64,000 nt of DNA from Vairimorpha necatrix (taxonomy: Eukaryota). The stretch is from NCBI GenBank assembly GCA_036630325.1, contig CP142730.1:744001-808000 (forward strand), in the 5' to 3' direction. Under the pieces are notes generated by a model that worked only from the letters and a program-made list of their open reading frames with translations, searched no databases and was not told where the DNA came from. Positions 12,580 to 24,831 of this stretch are shown here, piece after piece; the stretch's first letter is position 1, and each line of letters begins with the position of its first letter. The position numbers and the translations under genes are program-made.

Positions 12580-13305
12580 GCTTCATTCTTAGTGTCCAAA
12601 AGAATTCTGTACATACTAATGAAACCAAATTCGTTTTTAGATAAAAACTAAACAGTTTTCTGATACTAAGATGTGCTGAATCTTCTCATATAAAAAAATT
12701 GTTTACAAGAATCACTAAGTTGATTTTTGAAAATTGCATGTGTCCATTCTGTATGGTAATTTACGTATGTCAAAAAGTGATTAAAAGTCCATAACTAACG
12801 TATTTTCATCCTCCTCAACTGTACATAATGTTATATATGGTATTTAAATGCATTTGTTGGTGTTCAAGGGGTAGATCTTAGGATAATTATTGGGATGGAT
12901 AAAAAAGAAGCTATAGTTCTAGTAGACATGTTACTGCCAGATTCTGATGCACGTTTTCTTTAAATTGTGGATAAACATGCTTAACGATGTCTATAAAATT
13001 AAAGAGGTGATGTGCTGTCATAAGATTTAGATTATTATTAGGGGCTTCTGTATTTGTAAATGTTGACTTCCTCAAGTAATTGAATCGTTTGATAGGATTT
13101 AAATGCTGTAAAAATTTATTGACGAGAGATATCTCAAGAAACTAACTGTTCTCCTCGTCCAAAGTCCAATAGATAAGGCAGCTAGCTAAACGACCCATTT
13201 TTCGAAGGACCTTGAGAACGCTATAGACTTTAGAATCAATGGTTGTTATTAAAACCCTTTGAAGTCAGATATGTATAAAAGTTTTCTTCTTACTTGCAAG
13301 AAAAA
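12580..13305 (+). mobile_element. Ancient, AT-decayed copy of the tRNA-headed SINE
   Basis: Collinear matches to the young copies: AATCACTAAGTTGATT...TGTGTCCA, GTTGGTGTTCAAGG, AGATTCTG, GGTGATGTG, TGTTCTCCT..CCAAAGTCCAAT.GATA.GGC and terminal CTTACTTGCAAGAAAAA. The 5' boundary is approximate. Confidence 0.7.
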
Positions 13306-13742
13306 TACATAAATCTTGTATCTATAATGCTCTACATAGATTTGCATCTATTATATATATATATATATATATACATAGAAATGCATTGGAAAAGTAAGGT
13401 ATATAATAAAATATTGCAATTTACATAGATCTGTACGTTATATATTTACAGCAACAGAATAATACTGTTACCTCTTTATATTCTATAATATATAATCTTG
13501 TAGAATTATAGTATAAATTATTATTATTGGACCAATAGCATTATAGGTCAATTGCTTTTTAATACTGTTCAATATGGTATTAGAATAAAGTGTTAACACT
13601 TTTTGTCAACTAAAAAAATCATTAAAAGATTGTTTTTTGTTTTATTACATAAAAATTAACATAATGATAAGATAAGAAAAAAAAACTAGCCACAAATTTT
13701 AGTTATCAATTAGAGTCTAATTAATACGTCAAGTTTATGCTA

Positions 13743-14609
13743 TTAAATTAAGTTTTTATTACACGTTTTTTTCTTATTGTAGTACTTATATCCTAAAAAA
13801 GTCAGTATGAAGCAAATTATAATGCCCATAAAAATCATAAAACTAAAATTTACACTATTATAACTATCTTCTTGCACGGCAAACCCCATAGGTTTCGTAA
13901 TAATTTCTAAAGAAAAATTTCTAAAATCATAATTATCATTGATACATTCGGCCTTAGATAACAGATTCTGATTATTAGTTAAAAATTTTAAGGCACGATC
14001 CATCCAATCATATCTATAACAGATAAAGTACCCATATAATTGACCCGTACAAGTTTTAACAACAAATGTAGGAAGATGTTCACTTTTATTATTCCTTATA
14101 AAACATGTATTTTCTCTAATTATATCTTCAACTAAATTCACAGTTGAGTTTGCTTTGTTAATCTTATCTTTATAACAGAGACGTAGACTATTGTAATATT
14201 CCAATGTAAGGTTTACCATATCATATATAAAATTTTTTTCTTCAATTGAGAATTTATTTAATAAATAAGGATTCCATTTTGTTTTTCTAAATACACTTTT
14301 AATTTTTTTTAAATATGCATCTCTTAAAAAATTACGCAATTCTCTAAAACTAAATATTGAATCATTATTCTCTGTCATATTTTTAAAAATACTATGATTA
14401 GTTATAATGTCCCAAAAAAATACACTATAGCCCCGAACAGCTTCAGAAGACATATCTTCTTTTTTAAAACTGTTCATCAACGAATCACAAGTATCTTGCA
14501 TAGTTAAATTCCTATTAATCATTGAATTTAATAAGTCTTCCATATACTCACCAGCTCCAATTACCGGTATGTCACTTAAAAATATAATAAGATAATATAA
14601 CAAAACCAT
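13743..14609 (-). CDS. Hypothetical type I membrane protein (signal peptide plus C-terminal TM helix)
   Basis: 288 aa with CCC before the ATG. Hydrophobic N-terminus, FSFMIFMGIIICFILTFLGY followed by a basic tail, and several N-x-S/T sequons. Confidence 0.8.
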   Translation of the reverse strand: MVLLYYLIIFLSDIPVIGAGEYMEDLLNSMINRNLTMQDTCDSLMNSFKKEDMSSEAVRGYSVFFWDIITNHSIFKNMTENNDSIFSFRELRNFLRDAYLKKIKSVFRKTKWNPYLLNKFSIEEKNFIYDMVNLTLEYYNSLRLCYKDKINKANSTVNLVEDIIRENTCFIRNNKSEHLPTFVVKTCTGQLYGYFICYRYDWMDRALKFLTNNQNLLSKAECINDNYDFRNFSLEIITKPMGFAVQEDSYNSVNFSFMIFMGIIICFILTFLGYKYYNKKKTCNKNLI

Positions 14610-15880
14610 TTAGGGCAAAATTTATAATTAAAACTTAAACAAATTTATTTAATCATCACTTTTGTATTTTGATTTTGCTTATAGTAAACTTTTAATTTTA
14701 AATTTTGAAACAAACACTAATTACAGAAAAAATCTGACACAGTTAAATACAAATAAAAAAAATAATTTCACCTTGGGATTATAAAAACATGAAAAAAGAT
14801 ACAATATGAATGCATCAGTAAATTAGATATAAAATCAATGATCTAATAATAAAAGCGATTTTGGTAACCAATTAATCTTATTTACCTTAAAATATTTTTT
14901 TATTTTATGTTTACGACATAAAACAATAAAATGAGGGAGTGATTGGTTTGAAAAGATTTATTTGACATATTGAATATCAAAAAACATAAAATAACGTATT
15001 TTAGGCGCAAATTTTCTTTGAAAATAATACAATTTGTGCTTAGACACACAAAAATATTACATATATTCTTAACACCTAAATTAATCGATGTATATGAATA
15101 ATTCTTGCACTAAAGGTATGTTTTACAAAGGATTTTTATATTTTTTTGAAAAACATACATAACACATTTATAGGGCGGGTTTTACGTGTGATGCGTTTTT
15201 AAGCTAGTATTTATATTTATGATTCAAAATGATTATCTCTATCATTTTGAACCTAATTTGTACATTGAGGTTTAAATTTAAATAATGATTTTATTTTCTA
15301 AGCATTAGATTTGGTTAAAAAATACACTCGCAGTATAAAATATAGAATTTACGCTCAACAACTTTAGTTATTGTGGCAATATTTATGCTCGGAGCTTCTT
15401 TATTAGAACGTCTTTGAATACTCTCACTAAGAGTTATAGTATCTTCTTCTTTTATAGCTTGTCATTAAAAATATCCTAACAAATATGAAGGAAAATACTT
15501 ATAAATCTACACCGCAATCATAAACAAAACGTATACTAAAAATTAAGTGAGAAATTAAGCTCCTTGATTCTTTTTTTTCATTGTTCAACCGAATGCATTA
15601 CTTAAAAGCTGTTTTTTGTCGGGGTTCTGTTAGATAAAGAATTTTAAAAGCAAATAAATTCATTTTGTATTAATTTTTTCTCGATATAGTAAGCCGATCT
15701 AGTTAATAAAAATTTTAACTATAAACAGTTTTTATTATTTCTCGAACCCAATATATAGAGCTTATTGTGTTTTTTTAGAAAAATTATCCCCGTTATGCTT
15801 TTATTTAACACTATCAGTTCCCAAAATTATGGGCTGTAACAGTACATTCTATAAAAAAAATTAAACCATATTTTATACAT

Positions 15881-16672
15881 TTTTTTTTCTTGCAAGTAAG
15901 AGGTATGGAGAAACCTTACATAGGGACCAAAGGAATTTGGGTGTGATCCTCGTCCAACTGGTACTGTGAGATTCTCACTCAGTAAAACTTCCTTTATACA
16001 ACTTGTCGGTACAGCAAGCTCCGCCGTATCCATTGGACTTTGGCTCCAGGAGAACACTTTTCATTTATACCTCAAATCGCGTCCAGAGTGACCTCACAGC
16101 GGATATACTTAACGGGCATGGTTATCTATAACTCGAGGAGAGACATCATCGTACTGACTCAAAGGTCCCTACAATCATCTGTATTGCACACACGGCTCCT
16201 TTCACGACCACATCACCAGCCCGGCGTTTTTTTTTGGGCTGCGTTGTCTTTTAGTCTCCCACTAGTTTCGACCACCGTGTTACAGAATCTAGTAGGATAG
16301 GGCCCACGAGACCTTCTATTGCCCTACTTCGTCTAGTCTCTTAATTAGCTCTAGGATCCCACTCTAGAGTGCACCAGCCATGGGCTCCAACTAGGCCGTA
16401 CCCATTAGAGACTTTTATGTTCATTAAGTCACCACAAGGGTGATACTGTTTTTTGGCCCCGAGGTGCGTTTCTACACTATATGCTTATCCCCTTGTGGCT
16501 GGACACACACAGAATTCATCGAATCAACTTAATGATTATCGTGGACATTTTCATCATCTGAGTTGTTCCAACTGCATCATAGAAAGTAGAAACAATTTTG
16601 CAGCCTCTGGGAATCGAACCCAGCCATTGCTCAATGGAAGCATTGCATTCTACCACTGCGCTAAGGGCACCT
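15881..16672 (-). mobile_element. tRNA-derived SINE, young copy 1 (792 bp)
   Basis: 5' tRNA-like head with A box TAGCGCAGTGG and B box GGTTCGATTCC. 3' A-tail. 15-bp TSD CCATATTTTATACAT at 15866-15880 and 16673-16687. About 90% identical by eye to 24832-25622. Confidence 0.9.
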
Positions 16673-16968
16673 CCATATTTTATACATAGTAATAGGGGAA
16701 ATTATTTTCTGTGTATTTTCATATAATCAATTTCAGACATTCCATCACACTTGTAAGCTAAATAATTTAAGTCCTTCTATATGACCACAACATGGATCTT
16801 TTAATTAGACTCAGAATATAATCTATTCTAATGATAAACAAAACATTTTCCAAACCTAGGACAATTTAGAGCTTTTTACATCCAGGATTAAAAATTTTTA
16901 ATACCGAATAATTAAATTCTTATGGTTTAAACATATGTTCATGTTACTTCTTTTTCCTTTTTTGTTCC

Positions 16969-17716
16969 TGTTGAGAATATAGATTTAATAAATTTAACCC
17001 TTAACTTACAATTGTCTTTAACATGGTGGAGAATAAAATTATTGAACCCAAACAAAAACAAAAGAAGAGGTCGTAAGTTCCGTCGAAGCATGAGACGTAA
17101 AAAAAATGCAGTCTAGGTTAGAATGGGGATGGTTGGTTGTCTAACAGAAGAGAAGGTGATGGCTTGCATCAGTCGAGGGACCCGGATAGGTGAAGACGTA
17201 AAGTAGCTATAAAGAGCTATGGAGAAACAGTATTGGTTTTTTTTGATTCGGCATAAGAGTTGTCGAGATTGAGTGCAGTGGTAATCCCACTATTCACATT
17301 AAAGCTATCGTGGCAAGATAGTTGAACCAATAGTGTTCAAAATCCAGAGAGATTTAAAAAGATAAGAAAATCAAAAAGAAACTGTGTTATAGTCGAAGAA
17401 TGAGATAGACGGAAAAAATTCGATTCCATTGTTGGGAAGACATGTGTAAAGAATAATCACATGCCCATAGACTACATGTATTAAAACAGGGAAAGAAAGT
17501 ACCTCGAAGACCAATACTAGAAAGGATTGTAAGACGCGGTAGAGTAAGGCGCAGCCCATGGTCAGTTAACATAAAAATGCACTTTTATTTTGAGAGCCCA
17601 GTAGTAGGCGTAGGAAGTAGTAAAGATAATTTCATCGCTAATTCTGAATTTAGCGCGGGGATGTTGAGAATATAGATTTAATAAATTTAACCCTTAACTT
17701 ACAATTGTCTTTAACA
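16969..17716 (+). mobile_element. Non-autonomous miniature LTR retrotransposon (TRIM-like), 748 bp
   Basis: Identical 55-bp LTRs (16969-17023 and 17662-17716) with TGTT...AACA ends. 5-bp TSD GTTCC. PBS TGGTGGAGAAT directly after the 5' LTR. Purine-rich AGCGCGGGGA before the 3' LTR. No long ORF inside. Confidence 0.93.
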
Positions 17717-18467
17717 GTTCCAAAGTCTGTTTTTTTGCGATTAAAAGTGTCGCATCATTATAATTTATATACCTATTTTTTAGCAAGTGGTCACAAAAAA
17801 TTTTATAGTATGAAATCAATTAAAATATATATAAATTAAAGCTAGAAAAGAGGGGTTTATTAATACCATAAAAAAAATTTATATTTTACTCCTTTTCCTT
17901 TTTTGAACAACCCGTTCAAATGTTATATTTTAAAATCTCACTATTTAGTCTCATTTAATAGCACCACATTATGACAAGAGGCGAGCAGTCAGTAATACCC
18001 CTGAGAACTATACTTAAAGAGGGTCCTTTGGCCATAGACAAACTCCACAGAGAATTGCCAACACAGCCGTATCTATAATCAAACGCCATTTAGTTCATTT
18101 GAATTTATGTCACATATATAGATCCTTTGAGTTACTTAAGATCTATACACCAGAAATGTATTTTAAAAAAACTGAACATATGGGTGTAGATGATTTATGC
18201 TTTGTTATTTTTATATTATTAGAAACATTTGAAAAAGATTTCTCATTACTATCATACGTTTTCGATTTTATATAAGTACTTAATTTTAAAAACCCACATA
18301 AAAAGATTGGATTAATTTTAAATTATGAAAGATCATTGGAAAAGGAAAAAAATTGCTCCTAAAAATTTTCAAGGAACAATGAACATAAAAATCTATTTGT
18401 GTATATTTTCCTAGTATTCTCTACTAAAATTTTTATTTTTAATAAAATAATTTGTTATTTTAAAAAA

Positions 18468-20746
18468 TTATTTTAATAATTGTACAGGAACATCTCTAAT
18501 TGTCAAAAAAACTTCAATAAATATTTTATTTAATATTGTTAAAATTTTGTAAGTCTTGCTTTGGAGATTTCTACATAGTTGTATAATTCTCAGATTCATT
18601 TTCAAACACCTTTTGTAAAACCTTTTGCAATTTATATAAACGACATATTTTTACATTTTCAAATATATTGATTTTTAGCTCTCGGCAAAAATCTAATTTT
18701 AATTTATTTTTATATTCAGTTATAGTATTTCTGTCGAAAGTATTAACAAATATTTCTAACTCTTTAATTATATTGTTATCTTTAAATATATAATCAATTT
18801 CTTGCATTCCCTTTTCTCTTATTTCCCTTTCAAATTTAGTGCTTATTTCCTCATCATATAAATTTTCAACGTCCTTATTATATGCACAGTTTATGATTTT
18901 TCTTGTCGCATGATAGAATATTGGTTCATTAATATCTTTTAATATATCTAAAACACGTTTTTTAAACTCTTTTTCGTATGCATCGATTACTTTTTTATTA
19001 TCTGGATCATCATGAATTCTTTCACTTTCTCCAAAAAGATCAAATTTTCTTTTTTGTTATCTTCTTGATTATTTTCGGATATTTTCTTACTTATTATATC
19101 GTTATTAATATCTAATTCATTTTCATTAATTTTAAAAAAAGACAAAGCTTCTTGTTTTTTCTTGTAAATGTTTCTGTATCTAATTTCATATGAATTTTCA
19201 TCTAAATCTGCGATAAGATTTGATAATTGGACAATAAGTTTGTAGATTTTATTTCTATGAATTTTTATTTCATTTAAGTGACATTTCAAAAACTCACCAT
19301 ATATTTTTGTTAAATCAACCCTCTTTTTTATTGCAGAGTTGCGCACGTTTCTTTTTAAATCTTCTTTTGAATTGATAAGTTTCCCTATTTTTTTAAAGGT
19401 ATCAAACATTGGATCATTACTAACATTATTGCTATTTATCTAACTTTCAGCCTCAAAGAACAGGCAGATTTTTATAATGAACGGAGTCGAAAAATCTCAA
19501 CCTGGAGTAAATCTTTTCCATAACATCTCTATATAATGTTTCGTTAATGTTTCATTAGATTTGTGTTGTCCTATGATATTACCTAATTCACTATCTTTTA
19601 TACAATTTTTTTCTAATAAAAGAAGTGCAAACATTATTTTCAACGCCGAACCATTAGCATTAAAATTCTGAATGCAAGAAATTTCACTTTCTTTCTGTTT
19701 TTTATTAATCTAAAAAGCAATTCAACATAATTAACACGATTTTCATCATGTAATATTAAAGAAGTTTTATAATAGATTTCTTGAAACTCATCTAATGTTT
19801 GTTGCTCAATAGTATTTTCATTGCCAGTTATATTTAAATCTTTTTCTTAATGAATATTTATAATTTTTTGATCATGCATAAAATGTATTCCTTATTTACT
19901 ATCGAGATCTCAAAATTTCTGTTTGTAAATTAAATTTTATGAAATTCACACACTATACACTGTAAATTTTCTTTTAATTTATTCCATCGAAAAAGCAGAA
20001 TTTATACAATTCATAAAAATCTTTACAAATCGCATCATCGGGTTATTCGACATATGATGATTCAAATTTAATAATAGAAAATTTTTTTTTTTCATCAAGA
20101 TCTCTAAAATCTATTTTAAATAAAATATAAATCTTGTTAAACTTAATACTTTAATATAAATAGCATCCTTGATTTATTTCAGCAATAAAATTTGGTATTT
20201 TATAACTATTCAGTTTATTTTCATGATGAGACAAATATTTTCTCATTCGATTAATCATTTTGTTCCACGGGCCATTTTGATCTATAATAACTTCGTAGAA
20301 AATATCAGGACGGCTGCTCATTTCTTTTCTCTTGACATTCTCTTTCATTATATGTGTAGTAATTTTATTGTAAATATTAATTTCAGCGTAAAGTTTTAAG
20401 CTATATATTAAAACAATGTAGTCGACTTCATTCTTATAGTATTCAATTTTTACTTTTTCTTAGAACTCTAAAATAATATTTTCAATAGATTTATCATCAA
20501 ATCTAACTATTATATTTTTTAAATCTATATTGTTTAAAATTATAAAACTTTCGATTTTTAACTCTGCAAATAATTTCTCTTTTATTTAAATCTAAATTAA
20601 AAAATATTTTTAAATATCGTTTAGGTATTGATTACTGCATAATCTCTTTTAATTATTTTCCTGATCATTACTGTATTAAATCTATCATAGATATGATTCC
20701 ATGACTGGGCAAATATCATAAATAAAAACAAATTAATAGTGTTCAT
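18468..20746 (-). pseudogene. Pseudogene of family X (copy 2)
   Basis: Starts MNTINLFLFMIFAQSWNHIYDRFN after a CCC motif. Fragments (ENVKRKEMSSRPDI, MFDTFKKIGKLI, ENVKICR) match copies 1 and 3 in order but are broken by stops and frameshifts. Confidence 0.85.
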
Positions 20747-21406
20747 AAAGGGATAATTTTTTTTTGATTTATTTTGTATTTAAATATATTATTAAAAAAA
20801 AAACAGCAAAGAAACTTTTTATTTGAATAAAAAAATGCAATATTTGTATTCATAAAATTTTGACATGTACCTAAACATAATTTTCAGATGTCAAAACACG
20901 AGATTTTTGAAGGGTAAGACATAAAAAATGTAAATTTTTTCTATTCATAAAAAAAAAGATTCGAAAGCATTAAATAGGACCGTTAATGTATATTAACGCT
21001 CTTGTTGTAATGTAGATTACAAAGTCACGAAGTAGATGACACATGTCTTCGACTGTCACTTCTTTCCGTGCCCGTCAAACATCTCCTAGTACCCGCCAAG
21101 ACAAGTCATACATACAAACCAACAAATAGAAGTTATATGGTTGGTGCAACATTTGGAAATACTTAAATATTTGTAATTTTTTTTCAAATAATCCTTAAAT
21201 CTAAAATAAAACTTAAAAAGAAGTCTGTAAGGAACAACACGTAAAAAAATGGAGTCTGAGAGTAATTTTAAAACTTTTAAACAAAAATAAATCTAATTGC
21301 TTAAAACAGTATTTGGAACACTACTACAAAACCAGCAAAGTCCCACATAACAGATCGTTCGTATCTTTACTTTTTTAAATATCCTGCCCATAGACATTCA
21401 AAAAAT

Positions 21407-22525
21407 GGATCTAGTTTGTTATACGCCCGAATAAGGCGTATAACAAACTAGGTTAAAAAAATTTTACCATAATGAGAACGGTTGTGTCGCAGTTTGAAAT
21501 TTACGTACAAATCCGTAGGATGCCACCTTTACAAATGATTTCTGTTCTGCGAGAACAAAACCTTCTTCTGACCAGTATGTCCTGTTCTAAGTGTTCATCT
21601 GGCATGGTTGAGCGATCGAAGAAAGGCCCAGGCCTTATATGCTGGACTCGCGGCAATAAAGTGTGCAGACTCTACAGGACCACAAAGAGCATTAGAACTG
21701 GATCCTTTTTTGAGGATTTAAATTGCCATTGTTTGAAATCTTCGCTATGATTATGTTTTGGAGCGAAGGAAGACAGATTAAAGAGATTATTTTAGACCAT
21801 GGATTTAGAAGAAACAGCATCGTGGCGGTTATAAACAAGCTGAGGACTATCCTTAAAGTATACTTTGAGGCTGATCCTATGAGATTGGGAGGTCCAGGTA
21901 TTATTTGCCAGATCGACGAAAGCCAGTTCGTCCACAAGATCAAACATCATCATACAGAGCACCATCCAGTGATGTGTGGGTTTGGGGGATCGCAGACACA
22001 TCTCACTCTCCTGTGAAGTGCTATATGGAGATTGTCCCAAATCGATCAGCTGGTGTTTTACTTCCGATCATTGCTAGGATATGTAGACCTGGCACAATCA
22101 TTCAATCAGATGGTTGGGGATCATATGCGAATATCGAAAGAGAGCTCGGGTTCCGTCATCTGGTCTTGAACCACAAGACAAATTTCGTTGATCCGATAAC
22201 TGGAGCCCATACCCAGAACATTGAGTCATTCTGGAATAAGATAAAGCATGTGATTAAGAAAATGTATGGTGTTCAAAAAGCGCAACTTCCCGGTCTTATA
22301 GCTGAACTGATGTTCAGAGATGAGTTTAAGGAGACTGCGTTCATCAGAATGCTAGCTTTACTAGTCATAAGCTAAAAATAAAATAATTATAAAACAAGCC
22401 TGTCTTTTTACAATGCTGCTTTTTTTATCATGCTATAAAAGTTCTTTTCTCTTAAAAGCTCTAATTTTTTATTTCAGGCGTATAAAAAACTAGGTTTGGC
22501 TCCGGGCGCGTAGCAAACTAGATCC
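21407..22525 (+). mobile_element. Merlin (IS1595-like) transposon, family B
   Basis: ~23-bp TIRs GGATCTAGTTTG(T/C)TA..CGCCCG with 3 mismatches. Flanks CAAAAAAT and CAAAAAT form a TSD with a 1-nt indel. Confidence 0.9.
21472..22375 (+). pseudogene. Merlin transposase split by two frameshifts
   Basis: Three consecutive ORFs give CSKC...SIRTGSFF, then LGGPGIICQIDESQF, then VWVWGI...VPNRS...QSDGWGSY...HTQNIESFW. Shifts lie near 21715 and 21952. Confidence 0.85.
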
Positions 22526-22563
22526 CAAAAATATTATATATTAATTATTCATAAATACAAAAA

Positions 22564-22830
22564 TTAATCGATAAATTTAGTATAACCAATTAGGATCGAC
22601 TTACTATAGTCGAGAATGAAAAACTAAAATTTATGACCTTTTTGCAAATGAAATGGAACTAATACATAACCCCGCACAAGGATAGTTCCTTTGTAATGAC
22701 ATGGTGAGAAGTACTGACAAAATACTACAGAAATCATAAGAGGGAGATGATAATTTAACCCTACCTTGAAGCATATATCCAGTCTATTGTGCTAAAAAGA
22801 CTCTAGAGTCCCGTTTTAGAACGACGTCGT
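22564..22830 (+). mobile_element. Degenerate 3' fragment of an RLE-type (R4/Dong-like) non-LTR retrotransposon
   Basis: Broken translation ITN*DRLTIVENEK..YDL.ANEM...VPFVMTW...TKYY...EAYIQSIVLK.TLES is homologous to the 26076-26376 fragment. Confidence 0.7.
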
Positions 22831-23259
22831 GAATACAATCAAAAGATTGCAGAAAAGGAAAATGTGTCTAAATCTTCAAGCACACTAGCAAATATGGCGA
22901 CTGTTAATCTTTTTTTGCATAAATTTTGCTTTTAGATAAAATAAATTAGGGTGATGTAATTAATGCTCTAGATCGAAAATAAAAAATTAATAAGTTTTAA
23001 TGCAAATAAAAATATGTATTATGTAAGAACAAGATGATAAAAATTTACATCATCATGCAAAGAAGGGTTAAAGGATGGTGTTGTTTAAGGGAAATGAAGA
23101 TGATACTTTGGGTTGAAAATTTTAAACAAAACCAAATCCTACATAAACCATAATTTGGGAAGGGCCGAATACTATGAGCGAAATTGAGGCAGAATGTAAC
23201 ATAAATATCTAACTAGAGTCGATTATCTCAATAAATTGGTTGTTGTTTGTTAATTAATA

Positions 23260-24451
23260 GGAGGTACTTTATTTTCTTGCCTCCTCATTAAAAAAATTTT
23301 ATTCACAAGAAAATTATTATATAATCTAACATACAAAGTTCACAAAATTTAATAAAAGATAGTTCATGATTATTATTTTTTTTTTTTCATGAAAATTCTT
23401 TCATAAATAAATTAATTCTATGTCTATAAAGCCCTTTGGAACTATATATATTCTTCAAATAGGATCACAAATTTTCTATATGATTTGTGTGATCTTCATC
23501 TGCGTTTATTAAGTCAATCGAGTGATTTACTATGTAGTGTTTGTTTCCAAAATTTCTAGAGGATGAAGAAGAAGATGGGTAGCAATCAGTTTCTATTGAA
23601 AGGCAAGGTTTTACTCTGCGTCTAAAAAATCTACAATGGTAGTAGATTGTTAATTTATTGGAAATCAAGAACGAATTTTCTACAATTACTTTTCATAATA
23701 CGGCCTATGGTCCATTGAATTCCAGGCATACAATCCAAAGTTGAAGAAGGATTAAATACAATGACCCCGTTGCATATGGCGAAATCATAAATTTGTACGT
23801 AAACAAAAGCTTCTCCAATTTAGTTAGCTGATCACTATTAAGAGCAATTACTTCCATCGCCGTATCCTTATTTTATTATATGAATTTTCACAAATTTATA
23901 AAGATATATTGATTGGTAAGTGGTATAATAAATACCCCGCAAAGAAAGCTCTGTGGATTTTGTGAAATGTAACTCTTCCTTTTTAAACTTAGTACCATTT
24001 TTATGTAAGCTCTTTGAACAGCACTTTTTATTAACACAACGATAAGCTTTAGACCCAGACTAGTGGGAGCATCCACTAATGTTCTTAAGAACAATTCGTT
24101 CTGATGTCGAACAATATCTGCGAGCAATCGTCGTTTTAGAAGACAAAAACCAAAGAAACTCAATTGCTGCTTTATTATTACTAAAGCACACATCTTCACA
24201 ACTATTCATTTCTTGAATAGTCTCCTCAAAAATTGAACATTAAGGATTCAAAAAATTAAAAATTTTCTACCCCCCCCCTATGTTATATCTTTTTGAGACT
24301 ATTAAAAATTCTCAAATCATCAAAAAAATCCTTTACTTCATTAACTTGCTCTCCCCCCCCCCCCGAAAACCAAGTTTAGATTTGTAAAATAACAAGATTT
24401 GAGAGCTTCTTAATATTTTTTTTAGAGGGGGCAATAAAATAAAGTAGCGCC
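23260..24451 (-). mobile_element. Degenerate Merlin transposon, family C
   Basis: Decayed ~35-bp TIRs (GGAGGTACTTTATTTTCTTGCC vs GGCGCTACTTTATTTTATTGCC). The minus strand reads KIGEAFVYVQIYDFAICNG...PGIQW...ETDCYPS...VNHS...HTNHIENL*, matching the Merlin DDE core. Confidence 0.75.
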
Positions 24452-24831
24452 CATTAATGTATATTTATACAACGTTTTAATTATAGCTGTTAGAAATATC
24501 TAAATAAGAGGTATTACTTTACAAAATATACCTTTAAATCTTAAACCACAACATTCCTGCGACCTGATAATGTACATTCTTTTCCCTTAGTAAGATAGAT
24601 CGTTTCTTTATGATTTTAAATAGATGAGTGACATGTCGTTCATTAACTTTATCGTATACATTAATTGGATATGTGTCGTTAAATAGTATATTTACGACCT
24701 CACCCGAATCTAAGGTTTGACAGTCCTTTAAATTTATGTATATGATCTTCTATTAAGACAAGATCGTGTAGTTATGGTTTTTGATAGTTTACTTTTTAAC
24801 ATTTCCTTATACTTTATGTTTTATTTTTAAA

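Noticed and set aside
12060-12628. hAT-like transposase remnant, including ORF 12437-12628
   Set aside because: There is only a vague motif resemblance, and the right part is better explained by the ancient SINE copy.
15827-16689. Short ORFs 15827, 16040, 16453 and their counterparts 24827 and 25203
   Set aside because: They lie inside the SINE, start with TTG, and are disrupted by indels or stops between copies.
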